A stretch of 21,774 nucleotides of DNA from Candidatus Baldrarchaeum yapensis. GTDB lineage: Archaea > Asgardarchaeota > Baldrarchaeia > Baldrarchaeales > Baldrarchaeaceae. Positions 1 through 8,340 of this stretch are shown here, one piece after another. The position numbers and the translations under genes are program-made. A model generated the notes under the pieces. The model saw only the letters and a program-made list of their open reading frames with translations, was not told the DNA's origin and made no database searches. The stretch covers positions 1-21,774 of the forward strand of contig JAEOSH010000038.1 in assembly GCA_016840465.1 (NCBI GenBank). Reading direction: 5' to 3'. Positions within the stretch are counted from its first letter, which is position 1. Each line of letters starts with the position of its first letter.

Positions 1-504
1 CTCGGTCGAAATGTCGACTATCGTTGGTAGCACCATCATCGTCAGAACAATTGCACTCGTCAGCACCACCTGTCCGCTACTCAGCCCAAAAAACTCCGCA
101 ATGGCGGGAGCTATGAACATGAGCCCGACGAAACCATAAACTATTGACGGAATTGCGGCAAGCATTTCAATCATGGACTTCAGGGGATCTTTCAGCCATC
201 CGGGCGCCCACTCTGATATGTAAATTGACACCGAGATGCCGAGGGGGACTGAGATCATGAGCGTGGTCGCAACGATCAGTACCGACCCGATCATCAGAGG
301 GAGCGCCCCGTACTTTCCATAGTACGGAGCCCACCTGGTCCCGGTGAGCAACTCTCCAATTCCAACCTCCCAAAATGCGGGCAATCCCTCTTCCAAAACG
401 AATATCATCATGAGGATTAACGCAATTATGGAGGAGGACGCCGATAGCAATAGTATGATCTTTATCGGGGCATCCTCAATCCTAAGGCGCCACCTCATCG
501 CCAT
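1..504 (-). CDS. pstC: Phosphate ABC transporter permease PstC (5' part; runs off the left edge)
   Basis: Not in the ORF track because it is open at the edge. Hand translation from ATG 504 (or 498) gives MAMRWRLRIEDARIKIILLLSASSSIIALILMMIFVLEEG...GALPLMIGSVLIV...SVPLGISVSIYISEWAP...MIEMLAAIPSIVYGFVGL...SAIVLTMMVLPTIVDISTE, which has typical PstC motifs. The ATG overlaps the pstS TGA at 504. Confidence 0.93.
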   Translation of the reverse strand, partial: MAMRWRLRIEDAPIKIILLLSASSSIIALILMMIFVLEEGLPAFWEVGIGELLTGTRWAPYYGKYGALPLMIGSVLIVATTLMISVPLGISVSIYISEWAPGWLKDPLKSMIEMLAAIPSIVYGFVGLMFIAPAIAEFFGLSSGQVVLTSAIVLTMMVLPTIVDISTE

Positions 505-1646
505 CACCTTACGAGGAAAACATCGGGGCACACACATCGGATCTCCGCAATGCTAATCAAATAGGTAAAGAGCAAAATTCCGCCGCTGATGGGGCTAAAA
601 GCGCATCCACAGGTTGTAGTATAGAGCATAACTTCGACTTCCTTCTCCATCGTTGCGGAAGATGTCATATTGTGTTTCTCGAGGAAGTAATAGTACGGGA
701 GCGGGAGATAACCCACTTTTTCGACGATCCTCTGGCCCTCAAGGCCCTCGACGAAATCTATGTATCTGTCGACAAGAGATCCGCTCTTAGGCCACCCGTT
801 CGTCACAAAGTAGAGGTTTCTACTTAACGGGTACTTCCCGGCGTATACGTTCTCGGGGGTCGGCGCGTAATACGGTCCTCCTTCCTTCTCCCCTATGTTC
901 ACAACCCTCACATCGGGCGTGACATAACCCAGACCTAAGAACCCTATGGAGTAAGGCGTCTTCTTCACCTGCTCCAGCATCTGCATATTGCTCACAACAT
1001 TCATCGCCTCCTCGCTCACGGTGAAGTTAAAGGGCTTAATGCATTTTTCCTCGAAAATCTCCCTCGTCCCGGATCCCGCCTCGCGCACTATTATCACTAT
1101 CTTCTCCTTCGGCAACCTCGGATCAAAGTCGTGCCACGTGCTGTACTTCCCCGAAAAAATCTCCCCAACTTGTCTCAACGTCAGGTTAAGCGTCCCTCCC
1201 AGCCCCTTCGTGACATTCGGATTCACTACTATGCAAATCGCGTCTATTGCGATCACATGCAATACCAGAGACACACCCCTTTCCTGCGCCTTAGCTATCT
1301 CCTCCGGCTTGGGCTCCCTCGACGCACTGGCAATATCACATAACCCATCTATGAGCTCCGCATAACCCCTGCCGCTACCGCCCCCCTCAACAGTAATGCT
1401 CAGCGGCAGATCCCTGTACTTGTTCATGAAGGCTATGGCAGTCGCATTCGCAATCGGAAGCACAGTAGTGGATCCGACAACCCTGATCTTCTCCGATCTC
1501 CATGCGCTGTCCTCTTCAGTGACTCCTACATAGTACGATCCGGTTAATGGCGCGAGAACCCACAGCCCGACGGCCAATCCGGCGAAGAACACGTAAAAGA
1601 GTACCAGCATTCCCAATCCACTTTTCAGATCCACCGCCACCACCAT
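504..1646 (-). CDS. pstS: Phosphate ABC transporter substrate-binding protein PstS
   Basis: Motifs IRVVGSTTV, VEGGGSGRG, DIASASR, REAGSGT, YPLSRNLY and GYLPLP; N-terminal hydrophobic anchor; directly upstream of pstC. The exact start is uncertain. Confidence 0.93.
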   Translation of the reverse strand: MVVAVDLKSGLGMLVLFYVFFAGLAVGLWVLAPLTGSYYVGVTEEDSAWRSEKIRVVGSTTVLPIANATAIAFMNKYRDLPLSITVEGGGSGRGYAELIDGLCDIASASREPKPEEIAKAQERGVSLVLHVIAIDAICIVVNPNVTKGLGGTLNLTLRQVGEIFSGKYSTWHDFDPRLPKEKIVIIVREAGSGTREIFEEKCIKPFNFTVSEEAMNVVSNMQMLEQVKKTPYSIGFLGLGYVTPDVRVVNIGEKEGGPYYAPTPENVYAGKYPLSRNLYFVTNGWPKSGSLVDRYIDFVEGLEGQRIVEKVGYLPLPYYYFLEKHNMTSSATMEKEVEVMLYTTTCGCAFSPISGGILLFTYLISIAEIRCVCPDVFLVR

Positions 1647-1746
1647 TTGACTTTCTCACAAATGTTTATATAGCTTATCGAAATAGCAATATAAATAGAT
1701 ACGTTTGGTATATAGAGATATGTAGAGGTATGTAGACGGTGGTAAC
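1647..1746. promoter_or_regulatory. Divergent pstS/phoU promoter region
   Basis: 100-bp AT-rich spacer between divergent starts, with TATA-like boxes (TTTATATA ~1667-1674, ATATAAAT ~1689-1696). Confidence 0.65.
1709..1738. repeat. Three tandem imperfect 10-bp repeats TATRTAGAnn
   Basis: tatatagaga (1709-1718), tatgtagagg (1719-1728), tatgtagacg (1729-1738), read directly. Confidence 0.7.
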
Positions 1747-2775
1747 ATGAGCACGGTCACCCGCAAGCTCCAGTTGACCGGGGGGAGCACGATTATCGTC
1801 TCACTTCCCAAAAAGTGGGTATCCTCACTGGGAATGAGGCCGGGGGATGAGGTCACTCTCGTCCTCAATAGGGATGGAACCATCACCGTCATGCCTAAGA
1901 CTCTCCACAGGACGAATGAAAAGCCCGAGGCTGTAATAAGGGTAACGAGGGACATGAGCCCGGAGGTCGCGGTAAGGGAATTCATAGGCTACTACCTCGT
2001 CGGCTACGACGTTATAAGGGTAGAATTTGGAAATGACACGGAGATGCACAGATCCCAGATAAAAGAAGCAATACGAGACAAGCTTATAGGCGTGGAAGTA
2101 ATGGAGGAGTCCGAAGTACATCTCGTAGCCAGGTGTCTCATAACCTACACCGAGTTCTCCCTAAACGACGCCCTTAACAGAATGAGGGCCGTCACAAGCC
2201 TAATGTTAAGAGATGCCGTAAAAGCGCTAATCTCATACAACATAGACCTTGCCGAGGATGTGTGCCGGCGGGATAACGACGTTGACAGGCTCTACTTGTT
2301 TATAGTAAGACAACTAAAAACCCTGATACGCCAGCCTCATACTCTCTCTGACCTCGGTCTCAGAACAGTAAGAGATTGTCTCGGCTACCGCCTTGTTGCA
2401 AAAACTGTCGAGAGAATCGCTGACCATGCAATGCGCATTGCCGAGGTTTCGAAGAGCACGAGACTCCCCAAAGATGAGGATCTGTTCTGGAGGATAGAAA
2501 AGGCCCGTGATCTCGCAATAGATCTCTTCAATGAATCGCTATCTGCGTTCATAAAACTGGATAAACAACTCGCTCATGAGGTCATCGAGCGCTCCAAGGA
2601 GATGTCCTTCCTCGAAGAGGAAATACTCGAAAATCTTCTCAAACACACGGAACTCGATGCAAAGGACGTGGCAAATCTCAGGCTAGCATTTGAAAGTTTG
2701 AGGAGGTCGGCAGAGTACTCGGCGGATATTGCAGAAATAGCAATAAACATGGCAATCCTGGAACCCGTCCTCTAA
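1747..2775 (+). CDS. phoU: Archaeal phosphate uptake regulator PhoU with N-terminal AbrB/SpoVT DNA-binding domain
   Basis: N-terminal RKLQLTGGSTIIVSLPKKWV (AbrB-like) and two PhoU repeats (RDNDVDRLY, VERIADHA, LRRSAEYSADIAE); next to the pst genes. Confidence 0.93.
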   Translation: MSTVTRKLQLTGGSTIIVSLPKKWVSSLGMRPGDEVTLVLNRDGTITVMPKTLHRTNEKPEAVIRVTRDMSPEVAVREFIGYYLVGYDVIRVEFGNDTEMHRSQIKEAIRDKLIGVEVMEESEVHLVARCLITYTEFSLNDALNRMRAVTSLMLRDAVKALISYNIDLAEDVCRRDNDVDRLYLFIVRQLKTLIRQPHTLSDLGLRTVRDCLGYRLVAKTVERIADHAMRIAEVSKSTRLPKDEDLFWRIEKARDLAIDLFNESLSAFIKLDKQLAHEVIERSKEMSFLEEEILENLLKHTELDAKDVANLRLAFESLRRSAEYSADIAEIAINMAILEPVL

Positions 2776-4175
2776 CCCTCTCTCTTCAGCCATGTCGAAT
2801 ACTCTAAGGAGCGCGCAAGCACGTTAACCGCCCGTTCAGGCGTAAAGTAGCATGGTATACCTAACTTTTCCACTTCCTGAACGTCTCCTATTACGATGTC
2901 ACCCATGGGGACGCAGAAGACGACAGGCTTTCTCACGCATCCCGCCTCCATAATCTCGTGTACCGCCTGCCCAACCTCCTTAACCCTCATCGCTGGAACT
3001 ATGCATATTATTCCGTCCACGTTTCTGTTGTGCAGTAAGATCTCAACCCCGCGCTGATACTGTTCGGCAGTCACTAAGAAACTCAGGTCGAGGGGATTGA
3101 AGCAACTGGTCCATGGGAATGCTATCTGCTTCAACACTTCGAGGGTGTTATCATCGTATGCCGCGAGTTCTAAGCCGAGTGAACTCGCATGGTCGACGCT
3201 CAGAATCCCCATGCTACCGCTATATGAAATTATAGATAGCCTCGGACCCCGCATCGGAGGTTGCATTGAGAAAAATTTCAGCAAATCAAAGAACTCCTCC
3301 AGAGAATCCGCCTTCAATGCTCCGCTCTGTCTCAACGCAACATCCCATATTGTGGCATCTCCGGCCAGTGAGGCCGTGTGAGAAAGTGTAAGTTGGCTAC
3401 CTGCTGCGGTCTTTCCACCCTTGAGGACAACCACCGGCTTCTTCCGGGAAACAGCCCTCAATACTCTCATAAGCCTCCTTCCATCTCGGGTTCCCTCAAT
3501 GTACATGCCTATTACGCTGGTCTCCGGGTCCTCCGCGAGAAACTCCAGAAAATCCGTCTCGTCGAGGTCAGCCTTGTTTCCTATCGTTATCAGCTTGCTT
3601 ATCCCCCACGGGTAAACCTCCAGCATCCCAGCAGCGAATATCCCCGCTTGCGCAATTATACTTATAGTGCCTTTCCTTAGGCCCGGAAGAGGCGCAAATG
3701 TGGTTGCCAGATTGCAATAGGTGTTGACAAATCCGGCACAGTTTGGCCCAAGCACGCGTATGCCATATTTTCTCGCAACTTCAACTATTTTCGACTGAAG
3801 TTCCCTCCCATATTCTCCCATTTCTGCAAATCCCGCAGCCTCTATGACCACGAACTTCACACCCTTCTCTCCGCATTGCTCAAGTGCTCCCAGAACCTTG
3901 TCGGCGGGGATTATGATTATGGATAAATCTATTTCACTAGGAACGTCAAGTACCGATGGATAACATTTCAAACCCAAAATTTCCTTCTCTTTTGGGTTTA
4001 TCGGGAACACTTTCCCCGGAAATCCGAGACTCACAAGGTTCTTGAGAATGTTATGCCCAAGCTTCGCCGGATTGGAGGAAGCACCTATCACTGCAACCGA
4101 TTTTGGATAGAAAAAAGACCTCAACTCCTCATACTTTCTCTTGATGTCCTCGGGCTCTATATTGTCATCCGCCAT
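2772..4175 (-). CDS. acdA: ADP-forming acyl-CoA synthetase, alpha subunit (CoA-binding and ligase domains)
   Basis: FFYPKSVAVIGAS, PINP, GPNC, GNKADLDE and KGGKT..G...SHTASLAG (phospho-His); no ATP-grasp beta domain; GGTGA upstream of the ATG. Substrate unknown. Confidence 0.88.
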   Translation of the reverse strand: MADDNIEPEDIKRKYEELRSFFYPKSVAVIGASSNPAKLGHNILKNLVSLGFPGKVFPINPKEKEILGLKCYPSVLDVPSEIDLSIIIIPADKVLGALEQCGEKGVKFVVIEAAGFAEMGEYGRELQSKIVEVARKYGIRVLGPNCAGFVNTYCNLATTFAPLPGLRKGTISIIAQAGIFAAGMLEVYPWGISKLITIGNKADLDETDFLEFLAEDPETSVIGMYIEGTRDGRRLMRVLRAVSRKKPVVVLKGGKTAAGSQLTLSHTASLAGDATIWDVALRQSGALKADSLEEFFDLLKFFSMQPPMRGPRLSIISYSGSMGILSVDHASSLGLELAAYDDNTLEVLKQIAFPWTSCFNPLDLSFLVTAEQYQRGVEILLHNRNVDGIICIVPAMRVKEVGQAVHEIMEAGCVRKPVVFCVPMGDIVIGDVQEVEKLGIPCYFTPERAVNVLARSLEYSTWLKREG

Positions 4176-4757
4176 CGCCGATCATCACCGGAGAGTTTTC
4201 TCCTCATAAAACATGTGAGCGGAAAACGCAGTAAATATCTCTCAAGATCAAGATGTTTATTTAGGCTAATACATCCAACTTATAACGATTTCCAAGGAGA
4301 AACCTTCAGAAAAATGATATAAATTGATCAATTATTCGGTAATTGTCGAGAAATAAAAAGACGAATTTTCAAAAATCACATATCCAATCAACTGTTATCA
4401 TATCTATTTCGAAAAACATAGTTTTTCTATATACAGTACTGCTCTGCAGAACTGTGGATACTGCTGGAAGAAATGTTCTATCCCGCCCTCCGACAAAGGA
4501 TCTTGCCCTTAGGGTCAATATTCACAACCAATTCCCCTATGAGAAAAATTGACTCACATGTACGTAAAATTTGTGCTGAAGTTGAGAACCAAGACTTATA
4601 ATTGGCAATCAGCAAATGAACGTTATGCTACATCGGATGATACCGTAAAAATCGTTGATCTCCCAAGACGTTACAACTTTAATTACCGAGAACATGCGTA
4701 TTGTTTTTTGATGATGTTTTGGAATGCGAACTTGTTTTTTCAGAAGTCTGCTGTAAA

Positions 4758-4807
4758 TATGGGCATTTTTCTTTGCCCATAAATAAAAATGAAGCAAATA
4801 TGCTTCA
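4758..4807. promoter_or_regulatory. Two adjacent inverted repeats, candidate operators upstream of the maoC-maoC-abfD cluster
   Basis: TATGGGCA-N8-TGCCCATA (4758-4781) and TGAAGCA-N4-TGCTTCA (4790-4807), followed by a TATA-like TTATAA at 4817-4822. Confidence 0.45.
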
Positions 4808-4911
4808 CCAATGAAGTTATAAGCACTATTACTCGGAATTTTCAGCGCACTGGGATAACTGCTCCCTGCGCGGATACTACGAGGCTATACGAGTAATCTT
4901 CTTTAGTATGG

Positions 4912-5370
4912 GTGATGTACATGCCGGGCATGTACTTCGAGGATTTCGAAGAGGGTCAAGAGTTTGAAACACCCGCCAGAACGGTCACAGAAGCCGATAT
5001 TATAAACTTCGCCGGGATAAGCGGAAACTTCAACCCACTGCACATAGACGAAGAGTTCGCAAGAAAAACGAGATTTGGAAGAAGGATAGCGCAGGGTGCT
5101 CTAACATTTGCAATATTAACGGGGCTGTGGGCAAGGCACGGCTTTTTGGAAGGAACGGTAGAGGCGCTATACGGCATGGATAGAATGAGGTTTACTCGCC
5201 CTGTCTTCATTGGTGACACCCTCCGAGCAAGGATAAGAGTTGTAAAGAAGGAGGACAGAGGAAATTGTGGCTTGGTAACCATCCATAATGAGGTTGTGAA
5301 CCAGCGCGGCGAGATAGTACTGGTATGCGATGCAAAGCTACTATTCAAGAAACGGAAGAATAGTAAGTAA
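4912..5370 (+). CDS. MaoC-family (R)-specific enoyl-CoA hydratase-like protein, copy 1 (catalytic Asp replaced by Asn)
   Basis: YFEDFEEGQEF, RTVTEADIINFA, SGNFNPLHID and RFTRPVFIGDTL hot-dog-fold motifs. The true start is probably ATG 4915 or 4921. Confidence 0.9.
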   Translation: MMYMPGMYFEDFEEGQEFETPARTVTEADIINFAGISGNFNPLHIDEEFARKTRFGRRIAQGALTFAILTGLWARHGFLEGTVEALYGMDRMRFTRPVFIGDTLRARIRVVKKEDRGNCGLVTIHNEVVNQRGEIVLVCDAKLLFKKRKNSK

Positions 5371-5476
5371 GCCCAAACATTCCATCACACATTTTTCTGT
5401 CTCATTTGCTTCTCGTAACAAAGAATAATTACCTTACCATTTCCATTATTTTTGTAAAGATGTGCGTGGGGTCCCT

Positions 5477-5923
5477 ATGCCGGGTATGTACTTCGAGGAT
5501 TTTGAAGAGGGTCAGGAGTTCGAAACCCCTGCTAGGACAATCACGGAGGCTGATATCGTAAACTTTGCGGGAATAAGCGGAGACTTCAACCCTCTACACA
5601 TAGATGAGGAGTTTGCGAAAAGGTCGAGATTCGGGAGAAGAATTGCACATGGTGCCCTTACGTTTGCAATAATGACAGGGTTGTGTGCAAGGCTAGGAAT
5701 GCTAGAGGGAACCGTCGAGGCATTTTACGGCGTTGACAAACTGAGGTTCACGAGACCCGTGTTCATTGGAGACACACTAAAGGTCAGAGTAAGAGTCGTG
5801 AAAAAGGAAGATAGAGGAAATGCGGGGCTTGTGACTTTCCATAATGAGGTTGTGAACCAGCGCGGTGAGGTAGTGCTCGTCTGCGATACAAAGATTCTGT
5901 TTAGGAAACGAAAATCCGCCTAA
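5477..5923 (+). CDS. MaoC-family (R)-specific enoyl-CoA hydratase, copy 2 (intact motif)
   Basis: Hydratase motif SGDFNPLHID, plus RIAHG. Start placed at ATG 5477 by alignment to copy 1 (the ORF track starts at 5462). Confidence 0.92.
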   Translation: MPGMYFEDFEEGQEFETPARTITEADIVNFAGISGDFNPLHIDEEFAKRSRFGRRIAHGALTFAIMTGLCARLGMLEGTVEAFYGVDKLRFTRPVFIGDTLKVRVRVVKKEDRGNAGLVTFHNEVVNQRGEVVLVCDTKILFRKRKSA

Positions 5924-5974
5924 CGCTCAGACAACATTTATCAGCCGTCACAATATTATCTCTTATTTAGCAAG

Positions 5975-7447
5975 ATGGGGGGTACTTTCATGGTTTTGAT
6001 GACGGGAGAGGAGTACATTAAGAGTCTTAAGAGAAGGAAGAAGCTTGAAGTGTATGCTTTCGGAGAAGAGATAGACGATCCGGTGGAGCATCCCCTACTT
6101 CGCCCGTCCCTTTATTCGATCGTAGAAACCTATGAAATCGCGCATGACGAAAAGTACAAGGATCTAGCAACGGCTAAATCGCACCTCATCGGGGAAATAA
6201 TAAACAGATTCACTCACATCCACCAAAGTGTCGACGACCTCGTAAAGAAGGTGAAGCTTCTGAGAGTACTGTGTCAGCGGACCGGAACCTGCGTGCAGAG
6301 GTGTGTCGGGTGGGACGCGCTCAACGCCCTGTACATAACAACCTACGAAATAGATGCAAAGCACGGCACTAACTACCACGAGAGGTTCAAGAACTACCTG
6401 AAATACGTGCAGCAGAATGATCTGATGTGCGCTGGCGCGATGACCGATGTTAAAGGCGATAGAAGCTTGCGCCCATATGAACAAAAGGATCCCGACCTCT
6501 ATGTGAGAATTGTGGAAAGGCGGGATGACGGGATAGTTGTCAGGGGAGCCAAAGCCCATACCACGGGGGCAGTTCACTCCCACGAGATAATAGTTCTGCC
6601 GACACGTGCAATGACCGAGAACGACAGAGACTACGCGGTTGCATTTGCAATACCGACCGACACCGAGGGCGTAAAGATGATAGTCGGAAGACAGATGGGC
6701 GACCGGAGAAGGCTTGAGGAGGAGTGGTTCGACCTGGGAAACTACAAATACGGTGCGACTGGACACGAGACGCTGACAATATTTGATGACGTGTTCGTTC
6801 CGTGGGATAGGGTCTTCATGTGCGGGGAAGTGGAGTTCGCTGGAATGGTCGTAGAAACCTTCTCGTCATACCACAGGCAGAATTATGGAGGGTGCAAGGC
6901 GGGGATGGGAGATGTACTCATAGGGGCCAGCGCACTTGCGGCGCTCTACAACGGCGTTCCAAATGCCCCTCATATAAGGGAGAAACTTGTGGAAATGGTA
7001 CACATGAATGAGACCCTATATGCGTGCGCTCTCGCATGCAGCTACGAGGGATATAAAACACCTTCGGGCGCCTACAGACCGGAGCCCCTGTTGGCAAACG
7101 TATGCAAGTTGAACGTCACGAGGTTTCCATATGAAATTGCTAGGCTTTCACACGACATAGCGGGAGGGTTAGTTGCAACAATGCCCAGCGAGAAGGATCT
7201 TCGCAACGAGAAACTAGGGAAGTACATAGTGAAGTACCTGCAGGCGAACGCCAAGTACCCGACCGAACACAGGATGCGCGTCTTTAGGTTGATAGAGAAC
7301 ATGACCATGAGCACGGGATACCTGATAGAGTCCCTCCATGGGGCGGGGTCTCCCCAAACGCAGAGAATAATGATTTCGAGGCTGGCCAATTTCAAGGAGA
7401 AAATGAAGATGGCCGCACGGCTGGTCGGAGTGCCGTTCGAAGAGTAA
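5975..7447 (+). CDS. abfD: 4-hydroxybutyryl-CoA dehydratase / vinylacetyl-CoA isomerase
   Basis: Fe-S ligand pattern TGTCVQRC and YHRQNYGGCK, plus AMTDVKGDRS, VRGAKAHTTG and ESLHGAGSPQ. The start may be ATG 5990. Confidence 0.92.
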   Translation: MGGTFMVLMTGEEYIKSLKRRKKLEVYAFGEEIDDPVEHPLLRPSLYSIVETYEIAHDEKYKDLATAKSHLIGEIINRFTHIHQSVDDLVKKVKLLRVLCQRTGTCVQRCVGWDALNALYITTYEIDAKHGTNYHERFKNYLKYVQQNDLMCAGAMTDVKGDRSLRPYEQKDPDLYVRIVERRDDGIVVRGAKAHTTGAVHSHEIIVLPTRAMTENDRDYAVAFAIPTDTEGVKMIVGRQMGDRRRLEEEWFDLGNYKYGATGHETLTIFDDVFVPWDRVFMCGEVEFAGMVVETFSSYHRQNYGGCKAGMGDVLIGASALAALYNGVPNAPHIREKLVEMVHMNETLYACALACSYEGYKTPSGAYRPEPLLANVCKLNVTRFPYEIARLSHDIAGGLVATMPSEKDLRNEKLGKYIVKYLQANAKYPTEHRMRVFRLIENMTMSTGYLIESLHGAGSPQTQRIMISRLANFKEKMKMAARLVGVPFEE

Positions 7448-7462
7448 ACGAGTTAATAATTG

Positions 7463-7954
7463 TTACCATACGATCTCTTTCAGTGTGAGCACTTCCACGC
7501 CGATAAGTTCTTTTATTCTCTTCCTCTTTCTTGCTAGGCTTCTCTCATCGGTCGTGACAACAGGAACATCGCATTTGAATGCCAAAATCAAATAGGGAAC
7601 ATCTTTTGGCTCTATTTCCAATATTTGTGCGATCATCAGTATCTCAGGCCTTCTTCTCATCATGTTAATCAGATCATCGGTAATAGGATGAATAAAGTCC
7701 TTCACGACGTTGTCCGAATTTAAAATTCTCCAAAAAGATCTTTCAAGTTCTAAGGGGTCACGACGGATTTCTATGGCCACCCTCTTCAACACCCTCGTAA
7801 CCTCAGCAACTACATAGCTGTTTACTACGACTTTACATTCTCCTTTAAGGCACCTTGAAATCAGGTCCATTGCGTCCCGAGAAGTCCCTAAAAGTCCATA
7901 AATCCACACATTAGCGTCGAGTACTAACGTTTTCGCCTTTGAGGAGTTTTTCAA
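7463..7954 (-). CDS. vapC: PIN-domain (VapC-like) toxin
   Basis: LVLDANV, VVAEV, PKDVPYL and VVTTDER (acidic PIN residues); overlaps the upstream RHH gene. Confidence 0.82.
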   Translation of the reverse strand: MKNSSKAKTLVLDANVWIYGLLGTSRDAMDLISRCLKGECKVVVNSYVVAEVTRVLKRVAIEIRRDPLELERSFWRILNSDNVVKDFIHPITDDLINMMRRRPEILMIAQILEIEPKDVPYLILAFKCDVPVVTTDERSLARKRKRIKELIGVEVLTLKEIVW

Positions 7955-8234
7955 GTTCCTCCCTGCCTTCTCTTAATGCCTTCTCGACAACCTCTTTCGG
8001 TACCTTTAATTCAAGTAACCGCTTTAAGGCATCAAAGGGATCCCCTCTCTCATTTGAGAGGACGTCCATTGTGTATAATCCCAGTAGGCCTATATTCTTC
8101 CGTAATATTGCGTCTCTGACAGCCTCCCTAATAAATTCAGCTTTACCCGTATATCCAAGCTCTTTAACAAGTTCACTCACTAATCTATCGAGGTCTTTAC
8201 TCACTTTTATCGTCCACACAACTGACAATGTCAA
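7911..8234 (-). CDS. Ribbon-helix-helix (CopG/VapB-like) antitoxin
   Basis: VVWTIKVSKDLDRLVSELVKELGYTGKAEFIREAVRD is a beta-strand/helix/helix pattern. Start moved to TTG 8234 (or 8228) behind GGAGGG; the ORF-track extension to 8297 runs through the operator repeats. Confidence 0.8.
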   Translation of the reverse strand: MTLSVVWTIKVSKDLDRLVSELVKELGYTGKAEFIREAVRDAILRKNIGLLGLYTMDVLSNERGDPFDALKRLLELKVPKEVVEKALREGREELEKLLKGENVSTRR

Positions 8235-8245
8235 ACCCTCCAGCG

Positions 8246-8281
8246 GAAATACCTCAGTATTTAAGAAATACCTCGGTATTT
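8246..8281. promoter_or_regulatory. Tandem palindromic operator GAAATAC-CTCR-GTATTT x2
   Basis: 17-bp direct repeats at 8246-8262 and 8265-8281 (1 mismatch), each containing AAATAC-N4-GTATTT; immediately upstream of the RHH gene. Confidence 0.75.
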
Positions 8282-8340
8282 TTTTAATTTTCTCCAAGGA
8301 GGTGAAAATCTCATGTTATTATTTATCGGCATAAATCGAT

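Noticed and set aside
4453-4512. Ferredoxin-like CGYCWKKC...CP in a plus-strand frame of the long intergenic region
   Set aside because: There is no start codon between the upstream in-frame stop and the motif, the first Cys of a CxxCxxCxxxC motif is missing, and the frame ends 12 codons later.
5975-7447. 4-hydroxyphenylacetate 3-monooxygenase (HpaB), same fold family
   Set aside because: The CxxxC and H-x6-C Fe-S ligands are diagnostic of 4-hydroxybutyryl-CoA dehydratase and absent from HpaB.
8246-8281. Mini-CRISPR or IS terminal repeats
   Set aside because: Only two 17-bp units with a 2-bp gap, no spacer and no transposase; an operator explains it better. No CRISPR array was seen anywhere in the window.
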